Source: an uncultured Candidatus Saccharibacteria bacterium (GTDB lineage: Bacteria > Patescibacteriota > Minisyncoccia > Phycocordibacterales > UBA2100). From it: a stretch of 64,000 nucleotides of DNA. Positions 8,732-19,247 of the stretch are shown here, one piece after another. How positions within the stretch are numbered: position 1 is the stretch's first letter; each line of letters opens with the position of its first letter. The position numbers were made by a program, and so were the translations under genes. The DNA is taken from contig CAZUVH010000002.1 in NCBI GenBank assembly GCA_964623775.1, positions 110,454-174,453 of the forward strand, in the 5' to 3' direction. Under the pieces are notes generated by a model. It searched no databases, was not told the origin of the DNA, and saw only the letters and a program-made list of their open reading frames with translations.

Positions 8732-9700
8732 TTACGCGCGCGCCAGCTTGATCGAATGCTCCAGAAACTCCCGCACATTCGAGCCGACAGATTCGAGCAT
8801 TTGCGGAAATGCGGCACCTGGATAGAGGCCGGGAATTGCGTTGACTTCAAGGAGGTAAGCGGCACGCGGGGTCACAATGAAATCCGCTCGGGAGAAATGC
8901 GACATATCGAGTGCGCGGTGCGCAGTGCGCGCCGCGTCCATAAGGAGCTTCTTTTGGCCCATGCTGAAATTACTCGGGACACTGTGATGCGCGAGTGCTT
9001 GATGATGGTAATGCGGCTCAAAAATACGCGAGCCTTGGGGCAATTTCACGTGCACGGGCGGCAGCACGTACAGATCTTCGTTGCGGAAATTTTCAATCAC
9101 ACCCACCGTCGCTTCTTCGCCGATGACATATTCCTCAACAAGCGCTGATCCGTATGCATCCAGCACGTCGCCAATTGCATCAGGCAGATCGGTGAGCGCA
9201 CGCGCAATGCGGATGCCGAGTGAAGCGCCGTCATTGGGTGGCTTCACGATGTACGGCGGGCCGATAACCACGAATACATGCTTCGCCATCTCGCCCGTCG
9301 TCATATCATCTTCGAGCGAGAACCACATACCCCGCGGGATGCGCACACCAGCTTTGTCCAATATCTCGCGGGCCCGAATCTTGTTGAGAGAAAATGCGGC
9401 AGCAAGCGGCCGTGCACCCGTGTACGGCACACCCGCCCGCTCAAGTATTCTTTGTACCGAACCATCCTCCCCTACGCCGCCGTGTAAGCCATTCAAGACG
9501 ACATCGATCTGCGAGAGTGCTCGTGCTGGATCAACCGGCATACCACGCATATGCCAGTACCCGCGCTTGTCGATAAAAATATCTCGTGCATCATACCGGT
9601 CTTCCGGCAGACTTGAGAGCATCGTGGCTCCCGTCTTGAGCGAGAGATCGTATTCGCCGGATGTGCCTCCGCGCAAAACACCCACAGTCGTGCGTGACAT
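8732..9700 (-). CDS. ddl: D-alanine--D-alanine ligase family ATP-grasp enzyme
   Basis: VLRGGTSGEY, LHGGVGEDG, VPYTG, VKP..DGASLG, SRADF, LEVNAIPG. Confidence 0.88.
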   Translation of the reverse strand: MSRTTVGVLRGGTSGEYDLSLKTGATMLSSLPEDRYDARDIFIDKRGYWHMRGMPVDPARALSQIDVVLNGLHGGVGEDGSVQRILERAGVPYTGARPLAAAFSLNKIRAREILDKAGVRIPRGMWFSLEDDMTTGEMAKHVFVVIGPPYIVKPPNDGASLGIRIARALTDLPDAIGDVLDAYGSALVEEYVIGEEATVGVIENFRNEDLYVLPPVHVKLPQGSRIFEPHYHHQALAHHSVPSNFSMGQKKLLMDAARTAHRALDMSHFSRADFIVTPRAAYLLEVNAIPGLYPGAAFPQMLESVGSNVREFLEHSIKLARA

Positions 9701-9784
9701 ATACAAGAAATTGTAACACCCCTCAAGAGCGGTGCTGGAGCACAATCTTGAAAACGCGACGCCATGCCAACCGAAATGAGTGTT

Positions 9785-11026
9785 CTAGTCCCCCAATCCC
9801 ATAGCATCCCTCCTTCGTCGACGATGCCATGTGATACCAAATCGGTGCGCCTCGGCGTTGGCGAGGAGGATATCCTTTTCGTACGCTTCAATGGATCTTT
9901 TGTCACCGATGAGACGTTCAGGCTTATGGAATTCATTCTTCACAACACCAACGATCGGGATCATGAGTCCTGCTTCTTTCAGAATGCGCTCTGCCGCTCG
10001 CATTTGCCCCTTGCCGCCGTCGACGACGAACACTCGTGGTAGAGGCCATTCAGTATGATTGAGCCGACGATTCAATACCTCCTTCAGTGAAGCGACATCG
10101 TCGTTGGTCGCGCTTTGGATTTTGAATTTCCGGTACGCTGCCTTAAAAGCTTCGCCGCCGTGCACAACGGTCATTACGCCGACAGTCTCAACCCCCGACG
10201 TATGAGCAATATCGTACGCTTCGATGCGCACACCTCCCCCCGCTGATACATGACTCTCGTTTTTTATGAGAGACACATCTTTGATATGCGTAAGTGCGTC
10301 AATTTGTCGGCGCACGCGCGACGCATCCTCGAAGCGTTCCGCCTCGGCAAATTCTCGCATCTCATTTGTAAGTTGGCGCTTTAGTCCCTTGAAATTGCCC
10401 GAGAAAAGCTCCTTGATGTGAGCGACCACGCCCGCATATTCCCCCTTCGATATCTCTCCAGTGCATGTGCCCGGACAAAGCCCAATCTGCCGATTGAAAC
10501 ACGGCTTGCAGGTCTTATTTTTTCCCGTGCCACACGGTATGCACTTGGAATCACGGAACGGGAATATTTTTCGAACGATCTTGCACGCCTCTTGGAGGGC
10601 CATGCCGCCCGGAAATGGTCCGAACAGATATTTAATGTCTTTATCATTCCACTTCAAGAAAAGTTCGCGTCCACGCACGACGATCACACGCGGAAATTCT
10701 TCCCTGGTGATAACGAGATAATTGAAGCTTTTGTTGTCCTTTTCGTCGACATTGGCAGGCGGCTGATACTGCTTGATCAGATTGGCCTCGAGGATAAGCG
10801 CTTCAAGCACCGAATCAGTTTTCTCATAAGAAATAGTGTCGGCCTCCTCTACCATTTTCACAATCGCAGGCGAACGACCCTCCGCAAGATCATGAGAAAA
10901 ATAGCTGCGGACCCGATCGCGCAGACTCGCCGCCTTGCCGATGTAGAGGATCTTCTTCCCCTTCTTGAAGAAATAGACACCCGGCTCATCGGGAAGATTG
11001 TATTTTTTAATGTCTTCGCGTTGCAT
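9785..11026 (-). CDS. uvrC: Excinuclease ABC subunit C (short form, no C-terminal HhH)
   Basis: GIY-YIG (PGVY...LYIGKA..LRDRVRSYF), Cys cluster, UVR coil, RNase H-like IEAYDIAH...VDGGKGQ...EAHRF. Confidence 0.9.
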   Translation of the reverse strand: MQREDIKKYNLPDEPGVYFFKKGKKILYIGKAASLRDRVRSYFSHDLAEGRSPAIVKMVEEADTISYEKTDSVLEALILEANLIKQYQPPANVDEKDNKSFNYLVITREEFPRVIVVRGRELFLKWNDKDIKYLFGPFPGGMALQEACKIVRKIFPFRDSKCIPCGTGKNKTCKPCFNRQIGLCPGTCTGEISKGEYAGVVAHIKELFSGNFKGLKRQLTNEMREFAEAERFEDASRVRRQIDALTHIKDVSLIKNESHVSAGGGVRIEAYDIAHTSGVETVGVMTVVHGGEAFKAAYRKFKIQSATNDDVASLKEVLNRRLNHTEWPLPRVFVVDGGKGQMRAAERILKEAGLMIPIVGVVKNEFHKPERLIGDKRSIEAYEKDILLANAEAHRFGITWHRRRRRDAMGLGD

Positions 11027-11096
11027 AGAGGTACTATACCTGCCTGAGACAAGCAGGCAAAAAAGAGAGCCGCGGCCAATATAGGCCGCGGCGACA

Positions 11097-11519
11097 TTAT
11101 TTCAGATACGACGTTACGCGTCTCGCAATGATTCCCTGTGAGCGCAGTGCGCGCATCTCTTCGGCCCGAATTAATTCGGCGCCTCGCTCAAGCGCAATCA
11201 AGGGAAGCCTCCCGCAGAGCGTATACTCAAGTACGTCCCGCTTGATTGAGATACACCCCTCTTCAGTCCAGCATGGTATCCCATTTTTTACGTATCTGCG
11301 TCGACCTTTCCAGTCTGCTCCGTAAGCATGGCGAAGCGCACCCTTCATGCCCTGTGCGCGATGCACCGCAATAAGAGTACGGTACTGCCACGATCGCGAG
11401 TAGACAGGATTCCTCATCCCGTAATAGACGGAGAGGACATCCATCATTTCACTCGTCTCAAAAAATCTACCCGCGGTGCGTTGTTTTTCTCGTAACGGAG
11501 GCGAAGGCGGAAAGCGCAT
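11097..11519 (-). CDS. Hypothetical protein
   Basis: AAAGGA SD, 140 aa, terminator GCCGCGGCC hairpin at about 11068-11092. Confidence 0.6.
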   Translation of the reverse strand: MRFPPSPPLREKQRTAGRFFETSEMMDVLSVYYGMRNPVYSRSWQYRTLIAVHRAQGMKGALRHAYGADWKGRRRYVKNGIPCWTEEGCISIKRDVLEYTLCGRLPLIALERGAELIRAEEMRALRSQGIIARRVTSYLK

Positions 11520-11605
11520 GTGCCCGTATCCTTTTCGAGGAGAACTCTAAAAACCTAGAGTATCACAAAAAGAAAACCGCAGCCAGGTGAGGCCGCGGTT
11601 CGATA

Positions 11606-12526
11606 TTATGTGACGTCTTGGAAATACTGTTTGAAGGGCTCAACCATCTCGAGCAGATCCTTGCCTGTGTACAACTTCTTCACGAGCGGCTGCCAAGGGA
11701 TATTCCACTTCGGATCATCCGGATGGGCAGGATTCACAAGTCTGAAGCGACACAGGGTGGGAGACCAGGAGCCATCTTCACGTTCGCAGGTGTATTGGAC
11801 AATGCGAGTATTGATCATCTGATTCTGCGTATCATGCGCAACGCCGTGTTTCTTTGCATACTCTTTTTCGGTGTTGAGAATCATCTGCGCGAGCTGACGC
11901 GGATGCCAACCCTCGATCATAAAGCGCTTGACCCACATCACTTCACCGTGATCAATCTCGAGCACGTCGCAACCGCGGTGCCTTTCCCAGATGTCGCGAA
12001 AATGTGCACTCAGACGGCCACCGGCCATATCCTGGAAGGTCTCGCCATTGCCCGCACGGAAAAAATACGACTGCTTGGCACGAAGCTCACGCTCTTCTTC
12101 GGTAAAAAGATGCAGACGTTCTTCGTACGAAAGTCTGTCGAGATCACCGTAATTTCGCTCGACGAGCCGCGGGTCAAGTTCCCAAAAAATGGGAAGTTTC
12201 GCATGCTCCGTCGCATGACCCGCCGTTTCGACTGCTCGCGCATATGTCGATACGATCGCGCGCACATTTTCAAACGGCTTCTCAAGACGCCGCTGCGCCA
12301 ACTCTCGGAAATCCTGGTCAATCCAGCTCCCCAACCGTCTTCCCTGCGTGACACCTTTCGGAGTGAGCCGTGCTTCCGATGTATGCGTATTGAGAATATC
12401 CCGCATAAATACAGGGTAGTTGTTGTTCTTGAGCTCGATACGCAGATTATTGCGATCGCTGTTGCCGTGCCTCGCGAAGGTAAGGGTGCGCGGCCCCTCA
12501 AAATAATCTCTACCTTTTTTTGACAT
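11606..12526 (-). CDS. Histidine phosphatase (phosphoglycerate mutase family)
   Basis: FARHG, LTPKG..QG, S.Y.RA.ETA, LVERNYG, GET, HG motifs. Confidence 0.85.
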   Translation of the reverse strand: MSKKGRDYFEGPRTLTFARHGNSDRNNLRIELKNNNYPVFMRDILNTHTSEARLTPKGVTQGRRLGSWIDQDFRELAQRRLEKPFENVRAIVSTYARAVETAGHATEHAKLPIFWELDPRLVERNYGDLDRLSYEERLHLFTEEERELRAKQSYFFRAGNGETFQDMAGGRLSAHFRDIWERHRGCDVLEIDHGEVMWVKRFMIEGWHPRQLAQMILNTEKEYAKKHGVAHDTQNQMINTRIVQYTCEREDGSWSPTLCRFRLVNPAHPDDPKWNIPWQPLVKKLYTGKDLLEMVEPFKQYFQDVT

Positions 12527-12650
12527 CTCTACCTCTCTCTATCTTTTTCCACTCTATTCATAGACACCTCCGTGTCAACCTCGTGCACTCATGTCGCTGG
12601 ACGAAAAGGGCGCGTGCCGTACAGTTAATACAGAAGAAAGGATACTCCCA

Positions 12651-13025
12651 ATGCCTACGCTACGAGACGAAATTCTCGTAGTGTCACGCTACGAGAAAAG
12701 TGCACGATCCGGTTTTGATCTCTTGAGAAAGGTTCGGAAATTTCGAGCAAGATGCGGCGATAGACGTCCCGTGCTCGAAACCGAATTCGCAGGAACAATC
12801 TTGAGCATGACTGAGGAGGGCGTTTTTAACCCGTGGGTCAAGTTGCGCGCACCCAAGGGACTGGAGCAAGTGGAGGATATCGATGAATACGACCCTCTCT
12901 ACACGATATTTTTTCAGCTCACCTATCGAGGTCACCTCGAACATTTCGAAGCGGTTGATCGCATCGCCGAGGAACGAGGAGACTTTCGCAAGCTTTTAAG
13001 TAAGAAACCAGGCCAATCGAAATGA
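12651..13025 (+). CDS. Hypothetical protein
   Basis: GAAAGGA SD before ATG 12651; terminator AGGCCAATC-gaaat-GATTGGCCT overlaps the stop. Confidence 0.65.
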   Translation: MPTLRDEILVVSRYEKSARSGFDLLRKVRKFRARCGDRRPVLETEFAGTILSMTEEGVFNPWVKLRAPKGLEQVEDIDEYDPLYTIFFQLTYRGHLEHFEAVDRIAEERGDFRKLLSKKPGQSK

Positions 13026-13044
13026 TTGGCCTAATTTTTTTAGC

Positions 13045-13228
13045 AAAATAAAAAAGCCCTCGTCCCTTTTAGGCTTCCGTAGGTCGACAACATCGTGGCG
13101 ACCATCCGGGAATCCGTATTAGGAGTCATCGGGCTGCATAATGATCAGACTTCGTGGGGGAATCGGAGGCCAACCCCCTGTTCCTCGGCTCGATCGCATC
13201 TCCTCCGAACAGCGCGACCTTGGAACAC
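13045..13228 (-). ncRNA. Candidate structured ncRNA B (~185 nt)
   Basis: Perfect TTGACA-17-TATAAT promoter, three stem-loop domains ending in a U-tract, no credible ORF. Confidence 0.5.
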
Positions 13229-13232
13229 TGGA

Positions 13233-13261
13233 ATTATATATTCCTTATAGGAACTTGTCAA
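13233..13261 (-). promoter_or_regulatory. Consensus sigma70 promoter with a palindrome in its spacer
   Basis: TTGACA(13256-13261)-17-TATAAT(13233-13238); TTCCT-TAT-AGGAA at 13241-13253. Confidence 0.8.
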
Positions 13262-13276
13262 GTGCCTTAAAACGCC

Positions 13277-15916
13277 TTATTTTTTGGCCTTTTTAAGGAC
13301 ACGCTTAAGGTAATATCCCGTATGTGAGCCGTCCGTCTTCGACACCTCTTCCGGCGTGCCTTTTGCGACGACCTTGCCGCCACCGACACCGCCCTCGGGA
13401 CCCATGTCGACAATGTAGTCCGCGCACTTGAGTACATCGAGATTGTGCTCGATCACGACGACCGTGTTTCCACGATCAACCAATTTCTGGAGAATATCGA
13501 TCAATTTCTGGACGTCATCGTAATGCAAACCGACAGTCGGCTCGTCGAGGAGATAGATTGTCTTGGTCATGAGCGGTCGATAGAGCTCCGACGCAATCTT
13601 TACACGCTGCGCCTCTCCACCCGAAAGCGTCGTCGCGCTCTGGCCGAGCTCCAAGTATGAGAGGCCCACGTCTACGAGCGTCTGCAAACGGTCGGAAATC
13701 GCGGGGATGTCCTCAAAGAATTTAAGCGCTTCCTCGACCGTCATTGTGAGTACGTCGTGAATGCTTTTTTTCTTATACTTCACTTCAAGTGTCTCTTTCA
13801 TAAATCGCTTACCGTTGCACACGTCACATGTCACGTAGACGGTCGGGAGAAAGTGCATTTCCACAGCGACAAGGCCATTGCCCTGACACGCCTCGCAGCG
13901 TCCGCCTTTTACATTGAACGAAAATCTGCCTGGGCCCCACCCACGCGCCTTGGATTCCTCGCTCATCGCGAAGAGATCGCGGATATGCGTCCACGCGCCG
14001 GTATACGTAGCTGGATTCGAGCGTGGAGTACGGCCGATCGGAGACTGATCGATGAGAATGGAGCGGCCGAGATATTCTGTACCGCTAAATTCTTTAACAT
14101 TGTAGATCTTGGCGGTACGGAAACGCTTATCGAATCGCGCGAGCAAATTGCGGTGAAGCATCTCATAAAGGAATGTTGATTTGCCCGATCCCGATACACC
14201 TGTGATCGCCACGAGCTTGGCGAGAGGGATGTCGATATTGATATTCTGTAGATTGAATTTGTTGCCACCGCGAATTCTGATCTTGCCGCGCTCTGCGGTG
14301 CGTCGCTTCTCCGGGACGGCAATGGCCGATTCTTCGCGCAAATACGAAAGCGTGCGCGAACCTGATTTATTGGTCTTTGCGGTGAGCAAATCTTCGAGCC
14401 ATCCTGAAGCGACGATGGTGCCACCATGTGTCCCGGCACCAGGTCCGATATCGACAATGTAATCGGATGCGTAGATCGTGTCTTCGTCATGTTCAACGAC
14501 GAGCACGGTATTCCCGAGGTCACGAAGGTGCTTCAGTGTCTCGATGAGTTTGTCGTTGTCACGTTGGTGAAGGCCGATCGTCGGCTCATCGAGCACGTAG
14601 AGCGCGCCGACGAGTCCGCTGCCAAGCTGCGATGCGAGACGGATACGCTGCGCCTCTCCCCCAGAGAGTGTATTCGCCTTACGATCGAGCGTGAGGTATT
14701 CGATACCGACGTTGAGCATGAATTGAAGGCGGCTCGTGATCTCCTTGACCACAACCTTCGAGATTTCCTTCTCCTTTTCGGTCAATTTGAGCTTGTTGAA
14801 GAAATCCATCGCGTCCTGGATGGAGAACGACGCGAGCTGCACGATGTTGGTGCCTACTGCAGGACCTTCATGACTTTCCGGCTGCTTTACAGAGCCGAGA
14901 AAAACATTGAGCGATTCGGGGCGAAGACGCGCACCATTACATACGGTGCACGGGTCATCACTGAAGAGGAAGAGGGTGCCGAGACCTTTGCATTCCGGAC
15001 ATGCACCATATGGAGAATTGAAAGAAAAGAGTCGCGGCTCGATCTCTGGGAATGAGAAGCCGTCGTATGCGCACATAAATTTTGCCGAGACGATATGTGA
15101 CTCTCCACTTGCATCGGTGATGCGCACGAGGCCCTCCGATTCATTGAGTGCCCGCTCTATCGCCTCGCTTGCGCGCTCGCGTGCGCCTTTTGGATCATCC
15201 TTGAATTCAGAGACAAAGATCTCGTCCACCACGACATCGATCGTGTGTTTAAAATTCTTTTGAAGCTCGATACGCGACCGCAATGATTTCTCCTCACCAT
15301 CGATGACAACTTTTTCAAAGCCCTTCGCGAGGAGGTCGTAGAGGAGCTGGTAGTATTCGCCCTTGCGTCCGACGACCACAGGCGATGAGATCCGGACCTT
15401 CGCGTCTGATACGCCTTTTGTGAGTTTTCCCGTTTCTCCCTTTTGTTGCTTGCCCGCCTTATCGACAATACGAAGAACGGACTCTAGAATTTCTTCATTT
15501 GAGAGTTTGCGTACTTCCCTACCGCAAATTGGGCAGTGTGCGTGGCCGATGCGCGCATAGAGCACTCGGAGATAGTCGTAAATTTCAGTGATTGTCGCCA
15601 CTGTCGAGCGAGGATTGTTGGAGCGACTCTTCTGATCGATTGAAATTGCAGGTGAAAGGCCAGTGATCTCGTCGACATCGGGCTTCTGCATTTGTCGCAA
15701 GAATTGACGGGCATATGCCGAGAGCGACTCGACGTACTTACGCTGTCCCTCCGCGAAAATGGTATCAAATGCCAAAGACGACTTCCCTGATCCGGAAAGC
15801 CCCGTAAAAACGACCATCTTATTACGCGGGATCTCAACACTCACGTCCTTCAAATTGTGCGTGCGAGCGCCTTTGACGATGATTTTATCCGTGTTGTTGT
15901 TTTTTTGTGGTGACAT
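13277..15916 (-). CDS. uvrA: Excinuclease ABC subunit A
   Basis: Two Walker A motifs ([16 protein letters not shown]), two LSGGEAQR signatures, zinc fingers. Confidence 0.98.
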   Translation of the reverse strand: MSPQKNNNTDKIIVKGARTHNLKDVSVEIPRNKMVVFTGLSGSGKSSLAFDTIFAEGQRKYVESLSAYARQFLRQMQKPDVDEITGLSPAISIDQKSRSNNPRSTVATITEIYDYLRVLYARIGHAHCPICGREVRKLSNEEILESVLRIVDKAGKQQKGETGKLTKGVSDAKVRISSPVVVGRKGEYYQLLYDLLAKGFEKVVIDGEEKSLRSRIELQKNFKHTIDVVVDEIFVSEFKDDPKGARERASEAIERALNESEGLVRITDASGESHIVSAKFMCAYDGFSFPEIEPRLFSFNSPYGACPECKGLGTLFLFSDDPCTVCNGARLRPESLNVFLGSVKQPESHEGPAVGTNIVQLASFSIQDAMDFFNKLKLTEKEKEISKVVVKEITSRLQFMLNVGIEYLTLDRKANTLSGGEAQRIRLASQLGSGLVGALYVLDEPTIGLHQRDNDKLIETLKHLRDLGNTVLVVEHDEDTIYASDYIVDIGPGAGTHGGTIVASGWLEDLLTAKTNKSGSRTLSYLREESAIAVPEKRRTAERGKIRIRGGNKFNLQNINIDIPLAKLVAITGVSGSGKSTFLYEMLHRNLLARFDKRFRTAKIYNVKEFSGTEYLGRSILIDQSPIGRTPRSNPATYTGAWTHIRDLFAMSEESKARGWGPGRFSFNVKGGRCEACQGNGLVAVEMHFLPTVYVTCDVCNGKRFMKETLEVKYKKKSIHDVLTMTVEEALKFFEDIPAISDRLQTLVDVGLSYLELGQSATTLSGGEAQRVKIASELYRPLMTKTIYLLDEPTVGLHYDDVQKLIDILQKLVDRGNTVVVIEHNLDVLKCADYIVDMGPEGGVGGGKVVAKGTPEEVSKTDGSHTGYYLKRVLKKAKK

Positions 15917-15984
15917 ACAAACAGATCCGACCCCCGCTTTGCGCTAGGGGTTGGGTAGGAGGACTATATCATGAGGATTCGATT

Positions 15985-16905
15985 TTATAGAATCGCCGCC
16001 TCTTCCTGGAGAGTGATGTTGAACATCTCTCTTACCGCGACTTTTATCCTTTCCGCAAGTTCTCGCACGTCCGTTGCCTTCGCGGAGCCCATATTCACAA
16101 TGTAATTCGGGTGTTGGAGGCTCGCGATCGCGCCACCCACCGTCGCACCCTTCATGCCCGCCTTTTCGATCAGCCATCCAGCTGGCACCCGACCTTCGCG
16201 TGACTTCACACCTTTTTCCTTTTCAAACATTTCTACGATTTCTGATGGCGCGACAGGGTTCATAAAAAAACTACCGGCCGCTTTCACATTTTGCAGGTGT
16301 CTTTTTTCTCGTTCAGCGATCGTCTCTTCAATTGACTTCGTTATTATCGCAGGTTCTAGTTGTGCAAGCTTAGCTTGCACAACAGTGATTATCCACTCAG
16401 AGTGATCTTTGAAAAAACTGTGGCGATAAGAAAAGTCACATGCGTCGTTCGTAAAATCCTGACTCTCCCCTGTTTCTGAATGTAACGCGCGAACTTTTGT
16501 TACAAAATCCTTGATCTCCGGTCCAAATGCTCCCGCGTTGCCACGCACTGCGCCGCCGATCGTACCGGGAATGCCGCTTAGCTTTTCCCACCCTCCGAGA
16601 CCATTTGTCGCCGCTGCGCGGATAAGTGCGAGAAGATTGCAACCCGCATCAGCGGAAAGCTCTGACCCCGCGAATGAAAAATCCTTGGAGACGAAATGGA
16701 TCACGAGACCCTTTATTCCCTCATCTGGAACAAGTGCGTTACTCCCCCCCGCAAGTACGACGTACGAAATCTGCTTCTCGCGCGCATAGCGAATGGCCTC
16801 GCGCAGCTCGTCCTCCGTCTTCACATCGACAAAATACTCGGCTTCGCCGCCGATCTGAAAGGTGGTCAACGGCGCAAGCGGTACAAATTGCTGAACCTCA
16901 ATCAT
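15985..16905 (-). CDS. murB: UDP-N-acetylenolpyruvoylglucosamine reductase
   Basis: TTFQIGG, GGSN, GIPGTIGGA..NAGAFG, FSYRHS, AGSFFMNP, HPNYIVN. Confidence 0.96.
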   Translation of the reverse strand: MIEVQQFVPLAPLTTFQIGGEAEYFVDVKTEDELREAIRYAREKQISYVVLAGGSNALVPDEGIKGLVIHFVSKDFSFAGSELSADAGCNLLALIRAAATNGLGGWEKLSGIPGTIGGAVRGNAGAFGPEIKDFVTKVRALHSETGESQDFTNDACDFSYRHSFFKDHSEWIITVVQAKLAQLEPAIITKSIEETIAEREKRHLQNVKAAGSFFMNPVAPSEIVEMFEKEKGVKSREGRVPAGWLIEKAGMKGATVGGAIASLQHPNYIVNMGSAKATDVRELAERIKVAVREMFNITLQEEAAIL

Positions 16906-16921
16906 GTATGTATTTTACCTT

Positions 16922-18916
16922 TTATTTTGCCTTTTCTTCGAGTATGCGTATCTCGTCGCGCAAGATGGCTGCAGTTTCGAAATCGAGATCGTCGGCCGCC
17001 TGATGCATTTGGCGACGCTTTTCCTTGATCACCTTTTTCATATCTCCGCCGAACGCATTAGCATCGAATTCTGCGAGTTCCTTCACGACGCGCTTGCGCG
17101 ACTTTTCGATCTCGCCGGTAATGTCTTTGATGCGCTTGATGATCGTCTGCGGTGTAATTCCGTGCTTCTTGTTGTATGCGATCTGCACATCCCTGCGACG
17201 ATTTGTCTCGCCTATCGCCCGCTCCATTGAGCCCGTCATATTGTCGGCATAGAGAATGACACGACCGTTCACATTGCGTGCGGCACGGCCGATCGTCTGG
17301 ATGAGCGATGTTGTCGAGCGCAAGAATCCTTCTTTATCAGCATCGAGTATACCGATGAGTTCCACCTCTGGGAGATCAAGTCCTTCGCGAAGGAGGTTGA
17401 CCCCTACGAGCACGTCGAAGACTCCTTTGCGAAAATCGGTAAGTATCTCAATACGCTCGATCGTCGTAATGTCGCTGTGGATATAGCGCGACTTGATGTC
17501 TTTCTCCTTGAGAAAAGCACTGAGATCTTCTGCCATTTTCTTCGTAAGCACGGTGACCATCGTGCGCGCGCCTTTTTTGGTCGTGGCTTCCGCCTCGACG
17601 ATAAAATCCTTTACTTGTCCTCCATAATTGTCACCACTAATGATCGGTCGTACCTCAAGCTGCGGATCAACAAGCCCGGTCGGACGCACGACCATCTCTA
17701 TGGGCGGGCCACTGCGTTCAAGCTCATACTGCGATGGCGTAGCTGTCGTATAAATAGTTTGGCCGATCCGAGCTTGGAACTCCTCAAATTTGAGTGGGCG
17801 ATTGTCGAGAGCGCTCGGCAAGCGGAATCCGTGCTCGATAAGCGTCAGTTTGCGTGCGCGATCGCCCGCATACATTGCTCCAATCTGCGGTACCGTTACG
17901 TGCGACTCGTCGATCACTGTAAGAAAATCCTTGGGGAAATATGAGAGCAATGTATAGGGCGGTTCGCCGGCAGAGCGCCTATCGAAATGCCTCGAATAAT
18001 TCTCGATGCCGTTGCAGTAACCGAATTCTTTTATCATTGCTATGTCTTGCCTTGCACGACGCTTCAGGCGCTCGTGTTCAAGTATCTTCCCTTCGTCATT
18101 GAGTTTCTTGAGCTGAGCCTTCAGCTCCGCTTCAATGTCCGCCACAGCCGCGTCCTGCACATCCTTTGGGGTTACGTACTGCCTTGCGGGAAAGATAAAT
18201 ATCGAATCGTGCTTGTTCACAATCTCGCGCGTGATGGGATCGAGCTCCTCGATCTTCGCAATCTTGCCGCCCGTAAGATCGACACGATACAGTATGCGCT
18301 CGTTGGCCGGCATGATCTCGACTTTAGCGCCGAGTGCACGAAAAGTGCCCGGCGAAAGGTCACCTGCGACACGTTCAAAATAAATCCCGACGAGCTTTCG
18401 AGTAAGGTCGGCACGGGTCATAGGCGAACCTTTTACAAGCTTCAGGTTCACCTTTTCATATTCGATCGGACTTCCCAATCCATAAATGCATGAAACCGAT
18501 GCGACCACGATCACGTCCTTACGCGTGAGGAGCGATTGTGTGGTGGCATGACGCAGGCGCTCGATGTCTTCGTTGACCATCGCCTCCTTCTCGATATAAG
18601 TATCGGATACCGGTACGTATGCCTCCGGCTGGTAGTAGTCGTAGTACGAGACGAAATAATGCACCGCAGCATCGGGGAAAAATTCTCGGTACTCCGACGC
18701 AAGCTGTGCAGCAAGAGTTTTGTTGTGGGCGATGACGAGGGTCGGACGCTGCACCTTTTCGATAATATTGGCAATGGTAAAGGTCTTGCCCGAACCGGTA
18801 ACGCCGAGCAGCGTCTGATCACACTTACCCTCCTTAAGCCCTTTTACGAGTGCATCAATAGCCCTGGGCTGGTCACCCTCCGGCTTGTATTCTGACTTGA
18901 GTTTGAATAAGGCCAT
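16922..18916 (-). CDS. uvrB: Excinuclease ABC subunit B
   Basis: GVTGSGKT, YYDYYQPEAY, DESH, NLLREGLDLPEV, QTIGRAARN, C-terminal UVR. Confidence 0.98.
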   Translation of the reverse strand: MALFKLKSEYKPEGDQPRAIDALVKGLKEGKCDQTLLGVTGSGKTFTIANIIEKVQRPTLVIAHNKTLAAQLASEYREFFPDAAVHYFVSYYDYYQPEAYVPVSDTYIEKEAMVNEDIERLRHATTQSLLTRKDVIVVASVSCIYGLGSPIEYEKVNLKLVKGSPMTRADLTRKLVGIYFERVAGDLSPGTFRALGAKVEIMPANERILYRVDLTGGKIAKIEELDPITREIVNKHDSIFIFPARQYVTPKDVQDAAVADIEAELKAQLKKLNDEGKILEHERLKRRARQDIAMIKEFGYCNGIENYSRHFDRRSAGEPPYTLLSYFPKDFLTVIDESHVTVPQIGAMYAGDRARKLTLIEHGFRLPSALDNRPLKFEEFQARIGQTIYTTATPSQYELERSGPPIEMVVRPTGLVDPQLEVRPIISGDNYGGQVKDFIVEAEATTKKGARTMVTVLTKKMAEDLSAFLKEKDIKSRYIHSDITTIERIEILTDFRKGVFDVLVGVNLLREGLDLPEVELIGILDADKEGFLRSTTSLIQTIGRAARNVNGRVILYADNMTGSMERAIGETNRRRDVQIAYNKKHGITPQTIIKRIKDITGEIEKSRKRVVKELAEFDANAFGGDMKKVIKEKRRQMHQAADDLDFETAAILRDEIRILEEKAK

Positions 18917-18994
18917 CCGGCCATCCTATCAGAAACATCTGTCCAATTGAATAAAAGGAGCCGGCATCGCGATTGATGCCGGCTTTAAAAGAAC

Positions 18995-19180
18995 TCAGGC
19001 CTTCAGGATCGAGTGTCCGAAGGTTTCCTTGCACCCATCAGTGCAGAACAGGAAACCATTCCAGCCGACCTTCGCGGATTCGCGGTCGACATTGTCGTTG
19101 CAGTTACGGCACTTGACCACCGAGGAGTCTTTGTCCACTGGGGCCGTAGCTGGCGTCTCTTTTGCTGCGAGTACGATCAT
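18995..19180 (-). CDS. Small zinc-finger protein (TRASH/FCS-like), 61 aa
   Basis: GAAGGA SD; CRNC...FCTDGC; terminator 18958-18985. Confidence 0.65.
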   Translation of the reverse strand: MIVLAAKETPATAPVDKDSSVVKCRNCNDNVDRESAKVGWNGFLFCTDGCKETFGHSILKA

Positions 19181-19247
19181 GTATCTTCCTTCAATGTGGT
19201 CAAAACGACCAAGTTGCGCAGGCAGCACTATGCCTCAAGGCAACATT

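Noticed and set aside
9785-11026. uvrC as a truncated pseudogene
   Set aside because: The ORF is intact with both nuclease domains; a short form without HhH is, to my knowledge, usual in this lineage
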